From contig CAWGKP010000008.1 of assembly GCA_963823185.1 (NCBI GenBank), forward strand, positions 677,590-741,589: a stretch of 64,000 nucleotides of DNA, written 5' to 3'. Position numbers and translations under genes: made by a program. Below, piece after piece: positions 27,284 to 37,046 of this stretch (position 1 is the first letter of the stretch; every line of letters starts with the position of its first letter). Origin of the DNA: an uncultured Acidobacteriota bacterium. GTDB taxonomy: Bacteria; Acidobacteriota; Thermoanaerobaculia; UBA5066; Gp7-AA6. A model generated the notes under the pieces. It ran no database searches. It saw only the letters and a list, made by a program, of their open reading frames with translations, and was not told the origin of the DNA.

Positions 27284-28039
27284 TCACTTCCCCTTGAGCG
27301 TCTTGCCGAGGAACGCTTCGGCGCGCGCATCGGCGTCCTTCGCGTCCGCTTCCCGAAACACCTTGGGATCCTTCGACGATGCGAAGGCGTGCCCGGCGTC
27401 GGGATAGATCTTGAAGTCGACGCTCCGCCCGGCGCCCTTCGCCTGCTTCTCGAACGCGCGGACGCTGTCCGGCGAAATCCCCTGGTCCTGTCCGCCAAAA
27501 TTGCCGAGCAACGGCACCTTGAGGCCCGCGATCGTGGCCGGGTCCGTGACGAGCCTCCCGTAGTAGACGACCGAGCCCGCGAGCGTCGGCTCGGCGAAGG
27601 CGAGCGCGAGCGAGTACCCGCCGCCCATGCACCAGCCGATCGACGCGATACGCGTGGAATCGACGTCCGGCCTCGCGCGCAGCGCGGCCGCGGCCGCCTT
27701 GAGATCCCGCATCGCGCGGTCCTCCGGCATGCCGCGCATGAGCTGATGCGCCGTGTCGCCGTCGGTCGCCACCTTGCCGCGATAGAGGTCGGGCGCGAGC
27801 GCGACGTATCCCTCGGAGGCGAAGTGATCGGCCTTCGCCTTCACCCAGTCGTTTAAGCCCCACCATTCCTGAATCACGACGATGCCGGGCTTCTTGCCCG
27901 ATCCTTCGGGGACGGCGAGATACCCCGAGATCGTCTCGGAGCCGCTTGGAAACGAGACCATCTTGCCGCCGGACTGCGCGCGGCCGATCGCGGCGGACAG
28001 CACGAGGATTGCGCCGAGCGAGAAGACCCTGCGTGTCAT
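27284..28039 (-). CDS. dienelactone hydrolase family protein (secreted)
   Basis: Signal peptide MTRRVFSLGAILVLSAAIGRAQS, with GIVVIQEWWGLN, nucleophile context GWCMGGG, and C-terminal YPDAGHAF. The ATG at 28039 has GGGAGGAG upstream. Track ORF 27284..28630 is over-extended. Confidence 0.85.
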   Translation of the reverse strand: MTRRVFSLGAILVLSAAIGRAQSGGKMVSFPSGSETISGYLAVPEGSGKKPGIVVIQEWWGLNDWVKAKADHFASEGYVALAPDLYRGKVATDGDTAHQLMRGMPEDRAMRDLKAAAAALRARPDVDSTRIASIGWCMGGGYSLALAFAEPTLAGSVVYYGRLVTDPATIAGLKVPLLGNFGGQDQGISPDSVRAFEKQAKGAGRSVDFKIYPDAGHAFASSKDPKVFREADAKDADARAEAFLGKTLKGK

Positions 28040-28069
28040 GACTCCTCCCTTTCGGACTAATCTTATCCG

Positions 28070-28564
28070 GTGGATCTGCTCTTCGAGCTCGCGGCTCCGG
28101 ACGAGGGCGAGGATCTGCAGCGTCTCTACGATCGCCTCGCGGCGCGATTCGGGTTCGGCCCCGCCGACGTGCGCCTCTCGCGGCGCAAGCTGACCGGCGG
28201 CGAGATCCGCTACGGACAGCCGCACACGATCACGATCTCGGCCCACCTGCCCGAGGCGGAGCGGCGCGAGACGCTTCTCCACGAAGCCGCGCACGCCTGG
28301 GCCTTCGCGCGTCGCGGCCGGCGCGAGGGACACGGGCCGTTCTTCCGGAAGCTCGCGCGGCAGCTCGGCGCGAAGGGACGGGCGGCGCCCGTCACCGAGG
28401 CGCTCACCGCGTGGCGCGCCCGCCGGCGCCAGATCGTCTACCGTTGCGAGGGCTGCGCCGCCCTCTTCCGGCGGTTCCGCGCCTTCCGCGGGGCGCGTTA
28501 CTGCGTCGCCTGCGATCGGGCCGGGCGGCCCTCGCGGATCCGGCGCGTCCGGGACGAGACGTAA
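28070..28564 (+). CDS. SprT-like zinc metalloprotease domain protein with C-terminal Cys4 ribbon
   Basis: HEAAHAW (HExxH) followed by YRCEGC...YCVAC; 164 aa; GTG start. Confidence 0.55.
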   Translation: MDLLFELAAPDEGEDLQRLYDRLAARFGFGPADVRLSRRKLTGGEIRYGQPHTITISAHLPEAERRETLLHEAAHAWAFARRGRREGHGPFFRKLARQLGAKGRAAPVTEALTAWRARRRQIVYRCEGCAALFRRFRAFRGARYCVACDRAGRPSRIRRVRDET

Positions 28565-28568
28565 GGCC

Positions 28569-29132
28569 GTGCGCCGCCGCCGAATCATCGTCCTCGTCGC
28601 GACGAGCGCCGACGGATTTCTCGCGCGCAAGGACGGCGGCGTCGACTGGCTGGACCGCCCGCGGACGGCCGGCGATTACGGAATGGCGGCCTTCTACCGT
28701 TCGATCGACACGATCTTGTGGGGGCGCAAGACGTACGAGCTCGCGCTGGAGTTCCAGAGGAAGGGCATCCCCGGCGCGGCGTTCGATCCCGGGAAGAAGA
28801 ACTTCGTCTTCTCGCGTCGCGGCCGACGATTGGCGTCGCCGGCGGTCGAGCTCGTCACGGAATCCGTTGCGCGGTTCGCGCGGCGGCTTCGCGCGACGCG
28901 CGGGAAAGACGTCTGGATCATGGGCGGCGCGGGCCTCATCGCGTCGTTTCTCGACGCCGGAGAGATCGACGAGCTCCGGATCCACGTCGTGCCGACGTTG
29001 ATCGGCGAAGGGATCCCGCTCGTTGCGCCCCGTCACCGCACCGTGCCGCTCGCTCTGAAGTCCTGCCGGCGTTTCTCGGACGGCGTCGTGCGGCTTCGCT
29101 ACGCCGTCGCGCGCCCCGCGCGGGCCAGTTAG
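28569..29132 (+). CDS. dihydrofolate reductase family protein (RibD C-terminal domain type)
   Basis: IVLVATSADGF, TILWGRKTYE, VWIMGGAGLI and ELRIHVVPTLIGEGIPL match the RibD_C/DHFR-like fold pattern. Confidence 0.75.
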   Translation: MRRRRIIVLVATSADGFLARKDGGVDWLDRPRTAGDYGMAAFYRSIDTILWGRKTYELALEFQRKGIPGAAFDPGKKNFVFSRRGRRLASPAVELVTESVARFARRLRATRGKDVWIMGGAGLIASFLDAGEIDELRIHVVPTLIGEGIPLVAPRHRTVPLALKSCRRFSDGVVRLRYAVARPARAS

Positions 29133-29136
29133 CGCC

Positions 29137-30078
29137 ATGTCCGCGTTCCCGCCGGGCTATCGCATCGGGCACCGCACGCTTCGAGCGGAGCGCACGGGCT
29201 GCACCGTGATCCTGCCTCCCGCCGGTACGATCGCCGCCGTGGACGTGCGCGGCGGAGCGCCCGGCACGCGGGAGACCGGCGTCTTCGTGCCCGGCAATCT
29301 CGTCTCGGAGATCCACGGCCTTCTCTTCACGGGCGGCAGCGCCTTCGGCCTCGCGGCCGCGGCCGGCGTCACGGCGTGGCTGCGGCGGCGCGGGGAGGGA
29401 TTCCCGGTCGGGCCGGCGCGCGTGCCGATCGTTCCCGCAGCGGTGCTCTTCGACCTCGCGGTCGGAGACGCCGACGCCTTCCCCGGCGAGGCGGACGGAT
29501 GGGCGGCCTGCGAGGCCGCGCGCGAGGGCGAGGTCGAGACCGGCCCGGTCGGCGCCGGCTGCGGCGCGACCGTCGGAAAGGTCCTCGGGATCGGCCGCTC
29601 CTCGCCGGGCGGCCTCGGATGCGCCGCGCTGGAGCTGCCGGGCGGCGCGGTCGTCGCGGCGCTCGCGGCGGTGAACGCCTTCGGCGACGTGGTCGATCCC
29701 GACACGGGTGCGCGCATCGCCGGCGCGGCGCACGACGACGCCTCCTTCCGCGCGGCGCGCGCGATCTGGCGCGACGGCCTGCCCGCCGATCCGGCGCCCG
29801 GCGGGAACACGACGCTCGTCTGCGTCGCGACGACCGTGCCGTTCGAGCCGGGCGCGCTCAAGCGCGTCGCGATCGAGGCGCACGACGGCATCGCGCGGGC
29901 CGTTCGCCCGTCGCATTCCGTCGTGGACGGCGACGCCGTCTTCGCGCTCGCGCCGGGGGGCGGCGCGCCGTCGGTGCCGATGCGGCTGCGCGTCGGCGCG
30001 GCGGCGGCGGAGGTCGCGGCCCGCGCGATCGTCAGCGCCGTGACGGCCGCCGCGCGGGGAGTGGGCGCCTCGACCTAA
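29137..30078 (+). CDS. P1/S58 family peptidase (DmpA/L-aminopeptidase-like)
   Basis: [26 protein letters not shown], and [10 protein letters not shown] (self-processing nucleophile context). Confidence 0.8.
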   Translation: MSAFPPGYRIGHRTLRAERTGCTVILPPAGTIAAVDVRGGAPGTRETGVFVPGNLVSEIHGLLFTGGSAFGLAAAAGVTAWLRRRGEGFPVGPARVPIVPAAVLFDLAVGDADAFPGEADGWAACEAAREGEVETGPVGAGCGATVGKVLGIGRSSPGGLGCAALELPGGAVVAALAAVNAFGDVVDPDTGARIAGAAHDDASFRAARAIWRDGLPADPAPGGNTTLVCVATTVPFEPGALKRVAIEAHDGIARAVRPSHSVVDGDAVFALAPGGGAPSVPMRLRVGAAAAEVAARAIVSAVTAAARGVGAST

Positions 30079-30647
30079 GGCGCCGGCTCGCCCTCGCCTT
30101 CGAAGAGCGGCTGCTGGACCGGGCCCAAGAGCGGCAGGATCGCCTGGAGCGAATCCGCGGCCCAGTCCGGACGCCGGGCCGCGTCGAGCCTCAGGACGGG
30201 CACGCTCCACTCCGCCAGGACCTCCTCGATCTTCTCGTCCACGGCGCGCTGGAAGGCGTCGTCCACGTCGCGCAGCCCGTCGAACTGCAGGGCGCCGACG
30301 ATCGGCACCTTGATGAGCAGGCCATAGGTCGAGGTCCACCAGCGCACGAGGGGCTCGAGAACGGGCAGACGGCCCGTCTGGAGCAGATAGCAGTAGTTGT
30401 CGAGCACGCTCCGGTCGCAGACGACGACCTCGGCCTTGTGTTCGGCGACGAGCTCCTCCGCGATCTCCGTGTGGAGGATCCACGACTGCGCGGCGACCGT
30501 CGTGTCGCGGTTGATCGGGAGCGGGCAGAATCGCGCCACTTCGCGCACCATCTCGACGGTCTTGTCCCGCTTCTTGAGCAGGGCCGCGAGCTCGAAGCAG
30601 AGCGTCGTCTTGCCGACGCCGTGCGTCCCGATGAACGCGATCTTCAC
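30075..30647 (-). CDS. P-loop ATPase/kinase-like protein (AAA_28/NadR-C-like)
   Basis: [16 protein letters not shown] Walker A. The GTG at 30647 overlaps the CoA-transferase stop (GTGA). Track ORF 30075..31805 is a chimeric read-through of two genes. Confidence 0.6.
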   Translation of the reverse strand: MKIAFIGTHGVGKTTLCFELAALLKKRDKTVEMVREVARFCPLPINRDTTVAAQSWILHTEIAEELVAEHKAEVVVCDRSVLDNYCYLLQTGRLPVLEPLVRWWTSTYGLLIKVPIVGALQFDGLRDVDDAFQRAVDEKIEEVLAEWSVPVLRLDAARRPDWAADSLQAILPLLGPVQQPLFEGEGEPAP

Positions 30648-31805
30648 GGCGCGCCTCCCGGTTTCCCGCCGGGCAGCCCGAACTCCCGCCGCAGGGCGTC
30701 GCCCTGGGCGTCGAGCGCCGGCGGAAACGCGAGCGGCGCCTCGGCGCCCGCGACGCGGATCGGCGACGCGACGAACGCGACACCCGCGACCTCGCGCACG
30801 GCCTCGAGCGCCCGGGCCGTCTCCGATTGCAGCGCCTCGAGCGGACCGCGCACCGGGCCCGCGGGAACGCCGGCCGCGCGGCAGCGGTCGAGCCAGGCGG
30901 CCCGGGGCTCGCGGCGGAAGGTCTCTTCGAGCGCCGCCTCGAGCGTTTCGCGGTTTCGCACGCGCCCCTCGTTCACGGCGAAACGCGGATCGCTCCGCCA
31001 CTCGGGCCGCCCGACGATGTCGCACAGCCGCGCGAACTGCGGGTCGGTCCCCACCGCCAGGATGAACTCGCCGTCGGCGGCGTGGAACGGGCGGTACGGC
31101 ACGATCTGCGGGTGCGCGTTGCCGTGACGCCGCGCCTCCTCCCCCGTCAAGAGCACCGACTGCGCGACGTTGATGAGCGAGGCGAGCGTTGCGGAGAAGA
31201 GGTCGGTCTCGACGTGCGCCGCGACGCCGGTGCGTTCGCGGCCCGCGAGCGCGGCGACGACGCCGACCGCCGTGTAGCAGCCGGCGAGCAGATCCGACAC
31301 CGCGACGCCGACCTTGGTCGGCTCTCCGGACGGCTCGCCCGTGATCGCCATCAGTCCCGCGCCGGCCTGGGCGAGCAGGTCGAAGCCCGGCGCGGACGCG
31401 TCGGGCCCGCGCCGCCCGAATCCGGTGATCGAAGCGGTCACGAGCCGCGGGTTCTCGCGGCGCAGGCCCTCGACGGAGAGCCCGAACCGCCGCCACGCGC
31501 CGGCCGCGAAGTTCTCGACGAGCACGTCGGCCCGGCGCGCCAGGATCTCGACCGAGCGCCTGCCGTCCGGCGACGCCAGGTCGAGCGCGATCGACTCCTT
31601 GTTGCGGTTGACCGACAGGAAGTAAGCGGCGAGCCCGCTCCTCCGCGTGATACGGCGGCCCCCAGCCGCGCGTGACGTCGCCGCCCTCGGGCTGCTCGAC
31701 TTTCACGACGCGCGCGCCGAGGTCGGCGAGCAGCATCGTGCAGAACGGCCCCGCGAGCACGCGCGAAAGATCGAGGACGAGGATGCCGGACAGCGGCCCC
31801 GGCAC
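30644..31805 (-). pseudogene. family III CoA-transferase (CaiB/BaiF), split by an apparent +1 frame break
   Basis: Frame 1 from 31805 reads [56 protein letters not shown], then nonsense. The neighbouring frame reads (L)[41 protein letters not shown]... through to 30644. The break is at about 31630-31650, at a CCC/GGG run. Confidence 0.85.
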
Positions 31806-31812
31806 GAGAGTC

Positions 31813-33393
31813 CTATCGGGGCGCGCCGGCGGGCCGCCAGCCGAGCGGGCCGGGCAGGAAGTGGAAGAGGCCGAGGGGCGAGACCTCGACGTTCTCGAGC
31901 CGCCGCGAGATCCCCCAGTACTGCTCCGCCGTCCAGAGGAAGTCGGCGGGCGGATCGGCCGCGAGGAGGCGATGAATCTGCCGGTAGAGGTCGAGGCGCT
32001 GCGCGTCGTCGAGCGCCGCCTGCGCGGCTTCCATGAGCCGGTCGGCCTCGGGATTCTTGTAGAAGCCGGAATTGAGCCCCTGCGGCGGGAACTGGCTCGA
32101 GTGGTAGAAGGGATACGGGTCCAGGTTCGGCGGGATGAACTCGTTGTTGTACGGCGCGACCTCGAACTCCCCGTTCGCGAAGCGCTGGGAGTACGCGGCC
32201 CAGTCGAGGGAACGCAGGACGAGCTCGACGCCCACCTTCTCGTAGGACTGGCGCAGGATCTCGCCGATGTTCGGGTAGATCGGCTGCCCCGCCGGATAGA
32301 GGTACTCCAGAGTCACGCGGCGGCCCGCCTTGCGCCGGAAGCCGTCCTTGCCCGGCGTCAGGCCCGCCTGGTCGAGGAGCTTCCCCGCGGCGGCCGGGTC
32401 GTAGGCCGGGGGCGCGACGTCGGGCGCGTCTTCCGGGAGCCCCGCCGGATACGGGCCGCTGTCGAGCTTCGGCGCGTCGGGCGCGTAGAGGCGCTCGGCG
32501 GTCTCGGTGCGCGGCCACGTCATCGCGAGGGCGCGCCGCACACGGGGATCGGAGAGAACGGGATGCCGGCAGTTCCAGACGACCATGACGACGGAGAAGA
32601 CCGGCACCTTCACGATGCGGTTGCGCGCCTGGAAGTCGGCCGACCGATCCGCCTCGGCGCGCTGGTCGCGGCTGATCCGGAACTCATCGAGGTCTCCGCG
32701 GATCCCCGACCGAAACCGCGTGGCGTTGTCCGGGATCACGCGAAACAAGACGCGGCGGAAGGGGTAGATCGTCGCCGGCCGGTCCGCGCGCCGCACGAGG
32801 GTCAGCTTCTGGTTCGGCTCCCACGACTCGAGCCGGTACGGGCCGCTCGCGACCGGCTTCCGGTCGGTCTCGCCGCGGCCGAACGCCGCCCGCGACACGA
32901 TCGGCAGGTTGAACGCGAGCAGACGCTGCGCGTACGGCTTGCGGAAGCGCACGACGACGCGGCCCGGCTCGGGCGTCTCGACGGCCGCGAGATCCGTGAA
33001 GCCCGGCTTCCAGTTCACGGCCGGCACCTTCGGGTCCCGCACGCGGTCGAGCGTGAACGCGACGTCCTCCGACGTGATCGGCGTGCCGTCCTCCCAGCGC
33101 GCCTCCGGGTCGAGGCGGAAATCGAACGCCAGGCCGTCGGGAGAGACGGTCCAGGAGGCTGCGATTCCCGGCACGTAGCGGCGGTCCTTGTCGATGCCGA
33201 CGAGCGGCAGGAAGAGCAGTTGCTCGACCCGGGCGCCGACCTCCTCGGCCGTGATCGTGGGGTCGAGCGTCGGGGGATCGCCCTCGATGTGCCGCGAGAG
33301 CGTGTCGGAGAACGTGGGAGGCGCCTCGCGCCGCGCGCAGGCGACGGGCCCGAGCGCGGCGAGCGCCAACAGGATCCGAACAACCGTTTTCAT
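31813..33393 (-). CDS. ABC transporter substrate-binding protein, family 5 (peptide/nickel type)
   Basis: [19 protein letters not shown] signal, with [17 protein letters not shown] and [14 protein letters not shown] patterns. The ATG at 33393 lies inside over-extended track ORF 31813..33609. Confidence 0.85.
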   Translation of the reverse strand: MKTVVRILLALAALGPVACARREAPPTFSDTLSRHIEGDPPTLDPTITAEEVGARVEQLLFLPLVGIDKDRRYVPGIAASWTVSPDGLAFDFRLDPEARWEDGTPITSEDVAFTLDRVRDPKVPAVNWKPGFTDLAAVETPEPGRVVVRFRKPYAQRLLAFNLPIVSRAAFGRGETDRKPVASGPYRLESWEPNQKLTLVRRADRPATIYPFRRVLFRVIPDNATRFRSGIRGDLDEFRISRDQRAEADRSADFQARNRIVKVPVFSVVMVVWNCRHPVLSDPRVRRALAMTWPRTETAERLYAPDAPKLDSGPYPAGLPEDAPDVAPPAYDPAAAGKLLDQAGLTPGKDGFRRKAGRRVTLEYLYPAGQPIYPNIGEILRQSYEKVGVELVLRSLDWAAYSQRFANGEFEVAPYNNEFIPPNLDPYPFYHSSQFPPQGLNSGFYKNPEADRLMEAAQAALDDAQRLDLYRQIHRLLAADPPADFLWTAEQYWGISRRLENVEVSPLGLFHFLPGPLGWRPAGAPR

Positions 33394-33574
33394 GAGCGGT
33401 CGGCAGGAGAATAGCGCGTCGTGCGCGGCGCGCGCGAATGCATATCGAAAAGGCGGCTCATTCGCGGGACCGGAGCCGCGTTTCCGGGGACCTCGGCTCC
33501 GCGTCCCGGGAGCGTCGGAGTTGCCTACACCGAAATCCCTGGACGAAACTCGCCGAAATGGCGCTCGGGAGCGG

Positions 33575-33604
33575 TTGACACCGCCCCGAACGCTCCGGTT
33601 AAAC
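33575..33604 (+). promoter_or_regulatory. candidate sigma70-type promoter for the PilZ gene
   Basis: TTGACA-N18-TTAAAC about 45 nt upstream of the ATG at 33648. Confidence 0.4.
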
Positions 33605-33647
33605 TGCACCTTCAGATGAGGCGAATCTCCGTTTGCCCTCCGAAGTG

Positions 33648-33992
33648 ATGACCGACGACAAAAAGGCGCGCAAGCCCGCGGAACAGCGGCTTTCCGATCG
33701 GGTCTGGATCGGCGCGCCGGCCAATCTCCGGTTCGGAGAGGAGGAGCTCTCGGGCTTCGTTGAGGTCATCAACCTCGGCGGGATGTACGTGGCGAGCGGC
33801 CGGGTGCCGGACGTCGGCGACTACGTCGAGCTCGTCTTCTCGCTACCCGGCGACCCGCGCGCGTTTCGCGTGCGCGGCAACGTCGTCTTCCAGAACCGGT
33901 CGGCCGAGCGCCAGGCCGGGTTCGGCGCGCGGTTCGAGCGGCCGCCGGTCGGCCTCCTCGAGGCCATCAAGGGATTGAACCGCGGTCACTGA
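33648..33992 (+). CDS. PilZ domain protein
   Basis: RLSDR (RxxxR) near the N-terminus and a downstream VINLGGMYV element resembling DxSxxG, with a beta-barrel-like remainder. The alternative TTG start at 33633 is less likely. Confidence 0.65.
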   Translation: MTDDKKARKPAEQRLSDRVWIGAPANLRFGEEELSGFVEVINLGGMYVASGRVPDVGDYVELVFSLPGDPRAFRVRGNVVFQNRSAERQAGFGARFERPPVGLLEAIKGLNRGH

Positions 33993-33993
33993 G

Positions 33994-34037
33994 CTCTCGG
34001 CTGCGGCGGTCGAAGACGACCGGCAGCCGAGAGTTTT
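33994..34037 (+). terminator. intrinsic terminator after the PilZ gene
   Basis: ctctcggctgcggcggtcg-aaga-cgaccggcagccgagag hairpin followed by tttt, directly after the TGA at 33990. Confidence 0.6.
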
Positions 34038-34144
34038 CGGCCCGGAGGGCTCAACCGCGACCCGAGCCAAAAAGTCTTGGCCGCCGTTCGCGAAGGAAAC
34101 GCCGCGGCCGGACACGACGCCCGCATCAATTTTTCAGCAGCCCG

Positions 34145-34615
34145 CTAGTTGTTTCGGGCCTCGACAAGGCGGAGCTGCTCGAAGAAGAACTCGAGCGTCG
34201 CGGTCACGTCGATGAAGTTGCCGGACGCCGCCGACGAGAGCGTCGTCGGAACGACGTTCGTGAGCTCCCATCGGACGAGGACCTGGTTCTTCTCGTCCTT
34301 CGCGGTGACCTGCACCGTGTGCGTCGCCGGCGTGCCGCCGGTCATGGTCTGATTGAGCCAGTCCTGCAGCTGCGCGAGACCCTTCTGGGTGACCGTGAGG
34401 GTGAGCAGGCGCTGGTCCGGCGAGTACGCGACCCCCAGCCGGCGTGAGTCCGTGCGGAGCATGTCCTGGCGGGAGAAATCGATGCGGTAGCCCGTCACGC
34501 CGTCGATCGCGGTGCCGTCCACGGCGATGGAGACGTTCGTGTTCGGGTCCGCGGCGAGGGCCGCGACGGTGATCCCGCAGCCGAGCAGGCCCGCGAGGAG
34601 ACGTTTCGAGAGCAT
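34145..34615 (-). CDS. secreted protein, unknown function (motif pattern reminiscent of T4 gp19-like tail tube family)
   Basis: The ATG at 34615 has GGAGGG upstream. Signal peptide MLSKRLLAGLLGCGITVAALA. The mature part reads ...VSIAVDGTAIDGVTGY...LLTLTVTQKGLAQLQDWL...VLVRWELTNVVPTTL...ATLEFFFEQLRLV. Confidence 0.5.
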   Translation of the reverse strand: MLSKRLLAGLLGCGITVAALAADPNTNVSIAVDGTAIDGVTGYRIDFSRQDMLRTDSRRLGVAYSPDQRLLTLTVTQKGLAQLQDWLNQTMTGGTPATHTVQVTAKDEKNQVLVRWELTNVVPTTLSSAASGNFIDVTATLEFFFEQLRLVEARNN

Positions 34616-34768
34616 GGATCCCTCCGATCCGCCGATTCTCGGAGAGTAGCACCGCCCCGCACGGAGGCGAAGGCCCTTGATTCTGAGGCGGCTCGGGCGT
34701 AGAACTTTCGCGAGCTTTTGCCTGGGGACGGCGCCCGGCGCCGGCCCATCGCGTGAAAGGAGGACTGC

Positions 34769-35486
34769 ATGAAGAAACCTCTGGCCCTGTTTCTCTTCGT
34801 TGCCGCCGCCGGCGCGCTTCTCGCGGCGGGCCCGTCCAAAGCCGAGCGCACGACCTACGACGTGACGGTGGACACGATCGAGGGGTGCTCGTGCCCGCTC
34901 TTCTGCACCTGCTACTTCGGGCCCGTCCGCGGACGAGCACTCCTGCAAGGCGAACAACGTCTACAAGTTCCGCAAGGGAAGCCACTACGGCGACGTGGAC
35001 CTGTCCGACCAGATCGTCTGGCTCGACCTCGATCTCGGCGGCGAGTGGCACCAACACCCGGGACCGGGGATGCCCACCAAGTGGGCGGTCGTGACGTTCG
35101 ACAAGAAGTCGTCCGAGGCGCAGCGCAAGGCGATCGGCGAGATTCTGGCCGTGGTTTTCCCGGTCAAGTGGGAGAAGTTCTCGACCCGCGAGGACTCGAT
35201 CGAGTGGCATGACGACGCGAAGATGTCGCACGCGAAGATGGCGAGCGGCATGGCCGAGATCTCGCTCGACAAGACGGCGACGATGCGGCCCGACAAGTCG
35301 CAGCCCGTCGTCGTCAAGAACCTCCAGTACTGGTTCTCCAACGCCAACGACGGATTCGTCCTGGCGTACTCGAAGCACCACTGGAAGGGCGACAACGCGT
35401 TCGAGCAGGATCACAAGAACGGCTTCAACATCACCTGGACCGCGAAGGGAGACATCAAGCCCGCCGCCAAGGTGGCGATGAAGTAG
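34769..35486 (+). pseudogene. DUF1326 family protein with signal peptide, split by an apparent +1 frame break
   Basis: Frame 1 reads MKKPLALFLFVAAAGALLAAG...EGCSCPLFCTCYFG, then nonsense. The next frame continues PSADEHSCKANNVYKFRKGSHYGDVDLSDQIVWLDLDLGGEWH... to 35486. The break is at the gggccc run, 34919-34924. Confidence 0.7.
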
Positions 35487-35508
35487 ACCGGGTCTTTCCC
35501 GCGATTCC

Positions 35509-35537
35509 GAGGGCGGGCTTCGGCCCGCCCTTTCTGT
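35509..35537 (+). terminator. intrinsic terminator after the DUF1326 gene
   Basis: gagggcgggc-ttcg-gcccgccc hairpin followed by tttctgt. Confidence 0.55.
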
Positions 35538-35551
35538 AGAATCCCGCCTCC

Positions 35552-36103
35552 ATGACCCCCGAAGACATCGCGCCGGAGTTCCGCTCCGCGCCCAAGTCCT
35601 ACGGCCGCGCCGAGCCGATCCCGGGCGTGAAGACGCTCCGCCTCTCACGGCACACGGACGATCGCGGGTTCTTCCTGGAGGTCTTCCGCGCCCGCGGGGA
35701 GGGCGCCTCCGCAGCCCTCGCGAGCTTCTTCGACGGCGCGGCTCCCGCCCAGCTCAATTTTTCTACCGTGGACGCCGCGGGCCACATCAAGGGCCTGCAC
35801 TACCACCTCGCGCAGGAAGACATCTGGTTCTTCCCGCCGCCCTCGCGCGCGAAGGTCATCCTGCTCGACATCCGGAAGGGCTCGCCGGCGCTCGGGCGGA
35901 CGCAGGTCATCGTCGCCGGCGACGGCGCCGAGCAGCTCGTGCGGATTCCGGCCGGCGTCGCGCACGGCTATCGGCCGCTGACGAATCCCTGCTCGCTCCT
36001 CTACATGGTGACGAAGGTCTTCGACCCCGCCGCGCCCGACGAGTACCGGATCGCGTGGGACCATCCGGCGGTCCGGGAGCTCTGGGAGATCCCCAACGGC
36101 TGA
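35552..36103 (+). CDS. dTDP-4-dehydrorhamnose 3,5-epimerase-like cupin
   Basis: HTDDRGFFLEVF, KGLHYH, and VRIPAGVAHGY resemble RmlC-family motifs. Confidence 0.7.
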   Translation: MTPEDIAPEFRSAPKSYGRAEPIPGVKTLRLSRHTDDRGFFLEVFRARGEGASAALASFFDGAAPAQLNFSTVDAAGHIKGLHYHLAQEDIWFFPPPSRAKVILLDIRKGSPALGRTQVIVAGDGAEQLVRIPAGVAHGYRPLTNPCSLLYMVTKVFDPAAPDEYRIAWDHPAVRELWEIPNG

Positions 36104-36133
36104 GGCCCCGCGGCCTATAATTTCGAAACTCCT

Positions 36134-37045
36134 ATGAGCGCCGCGGCTCCGGTTCTGGACCTCTCTCTCGTTCCGAGGGTGGACGCCGTCGGCGTCGAGG
36201 AGCGCGCCGCGGCTCTGGGCAAGCGGTCCATCAAGAAAGACGCCAAGCGCGCCGGGATCCGCCTCGCCATCTCGATGCTCGACCTCACGACCCTCGAGGG
36301 CAAGGACTCCGAGGGGAAGGTCCGACAGCTCTGCCGCAAGGCCGTCCAGCCCCTTCCGGGCGACCCGACGGTGCCGCACGTGGCGGCCGTCTGCGTCTAC
36401 CCGAACCTCGTGCCCGTGGCGAAGCAGGCCCTGGCCGGCAGCGGAGTCAAGGTCGCCTCGGTCGCGACGGGCTTCCCCGCCGGCCTGGTCCCGCTCCCCG
36501 TCAAGATCGACGAGACGCGCCGCGCGGTCGCGATGGGCGCCGACGAAGTGGACATGGTCATCGATCGCGGCGCCTTCCTCTCGGGCGAGTTCGCGGCCGT
36601 CTTCGAGGAGATCGCGGCGGTCAAGGACGCGTGCGGGCCCGCGCACCTGAAAGTCATCCTCGAGACCGGCGAGCTCGAAACCTACGACAACGTGCGCAAA
36701 GCCTCCCATCTCGCGATGGCAGCCGGGGCGGACTTCATCAAGACCTCGACCGGAAAGGTCGTCCCGGCGGCGACGCCGGCCGTCGTCCTCGTGATGCTCG
36801 AGGCGATCCGGGACCATTTCTTCGAGACCGGCCGCCGCGTGGGCTTGAAGCCCGCCGGCGGCATCCGCACCTCGAAGCAGGCGCTCCATCTGCTGGTCCT
36901 CGTCAAGGAGACGCTCGGCGACGACTGGCTGACTCCGCACCTCTTCCGCATCGGCGCCTCGACGGTGACCAACGACCTCCTCATGCAGCTCGCCAAGGAA
37001 GCGAGCGGCCGGTACCAGAGCGCCGACTACTTCACGAAGGACTGA
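36134..37045 (+). CDS. deoC: deoxyribose-phosphate aldolase (long form)
   Basis: DLTTLEG, VAAVCVYP, ADEVDMVI, and FIKTSTGK (Schiff-base lysine context). Confidence 0.85.
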   Translation: MSAAAPVLDLSLVPRVDAVGVEERAAALGKRSIKKDAKRAGIRLAISMLDLTTLEGKDSEGKVRQLCRKAVQPLPGDPTVPHVAAVCVYPNLVPVAKQALAGSGVKVASVATGFPAGLVPLPVKIDETRRAVAMGADEVDMVIDRGAFLSGEFAAVFEEIAAVKDACGPAHLKVILETGELETYDNVRKASHLAMAAGADFIKTSTGKVVPAATPAVVLVMLEAIRDHFFETGRRVGLKPAGGIRTSKQALHLLVLVKETLGDDWLTPHLFRIGASTVTNDLLMQLAKEASGRYQSADYFTKD

Positions 37046-37046
37046 C

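Noticed and set aside
30075-31805. P-loop ATPase overlapping a disrupted CoA-transferase as a candidate toxin-antitoxin or defence module.
   Set aside because: The ATPase has only a Walker A kinase-like signature (AAA_28/NadR-like). No nuclease, HEPN, TIR, methylase or small antitoxin partner is present. The CoA-transferase disruption is better explained by the recurrent +1 indel pattern.
34145-35486. Prophage or contractile-injection-system remnant suggested by the tube-like protein.
   Set aside because: The flanking 10 kb contains no sheath, baseplate, spike, portal, terminase, integrase or att-like repeats. Neighbouring genes are ordinary (PilZ, DUF1326, RmlC-like, deoC). Only the single gene is flagged, and it is treated as a hypothesis.
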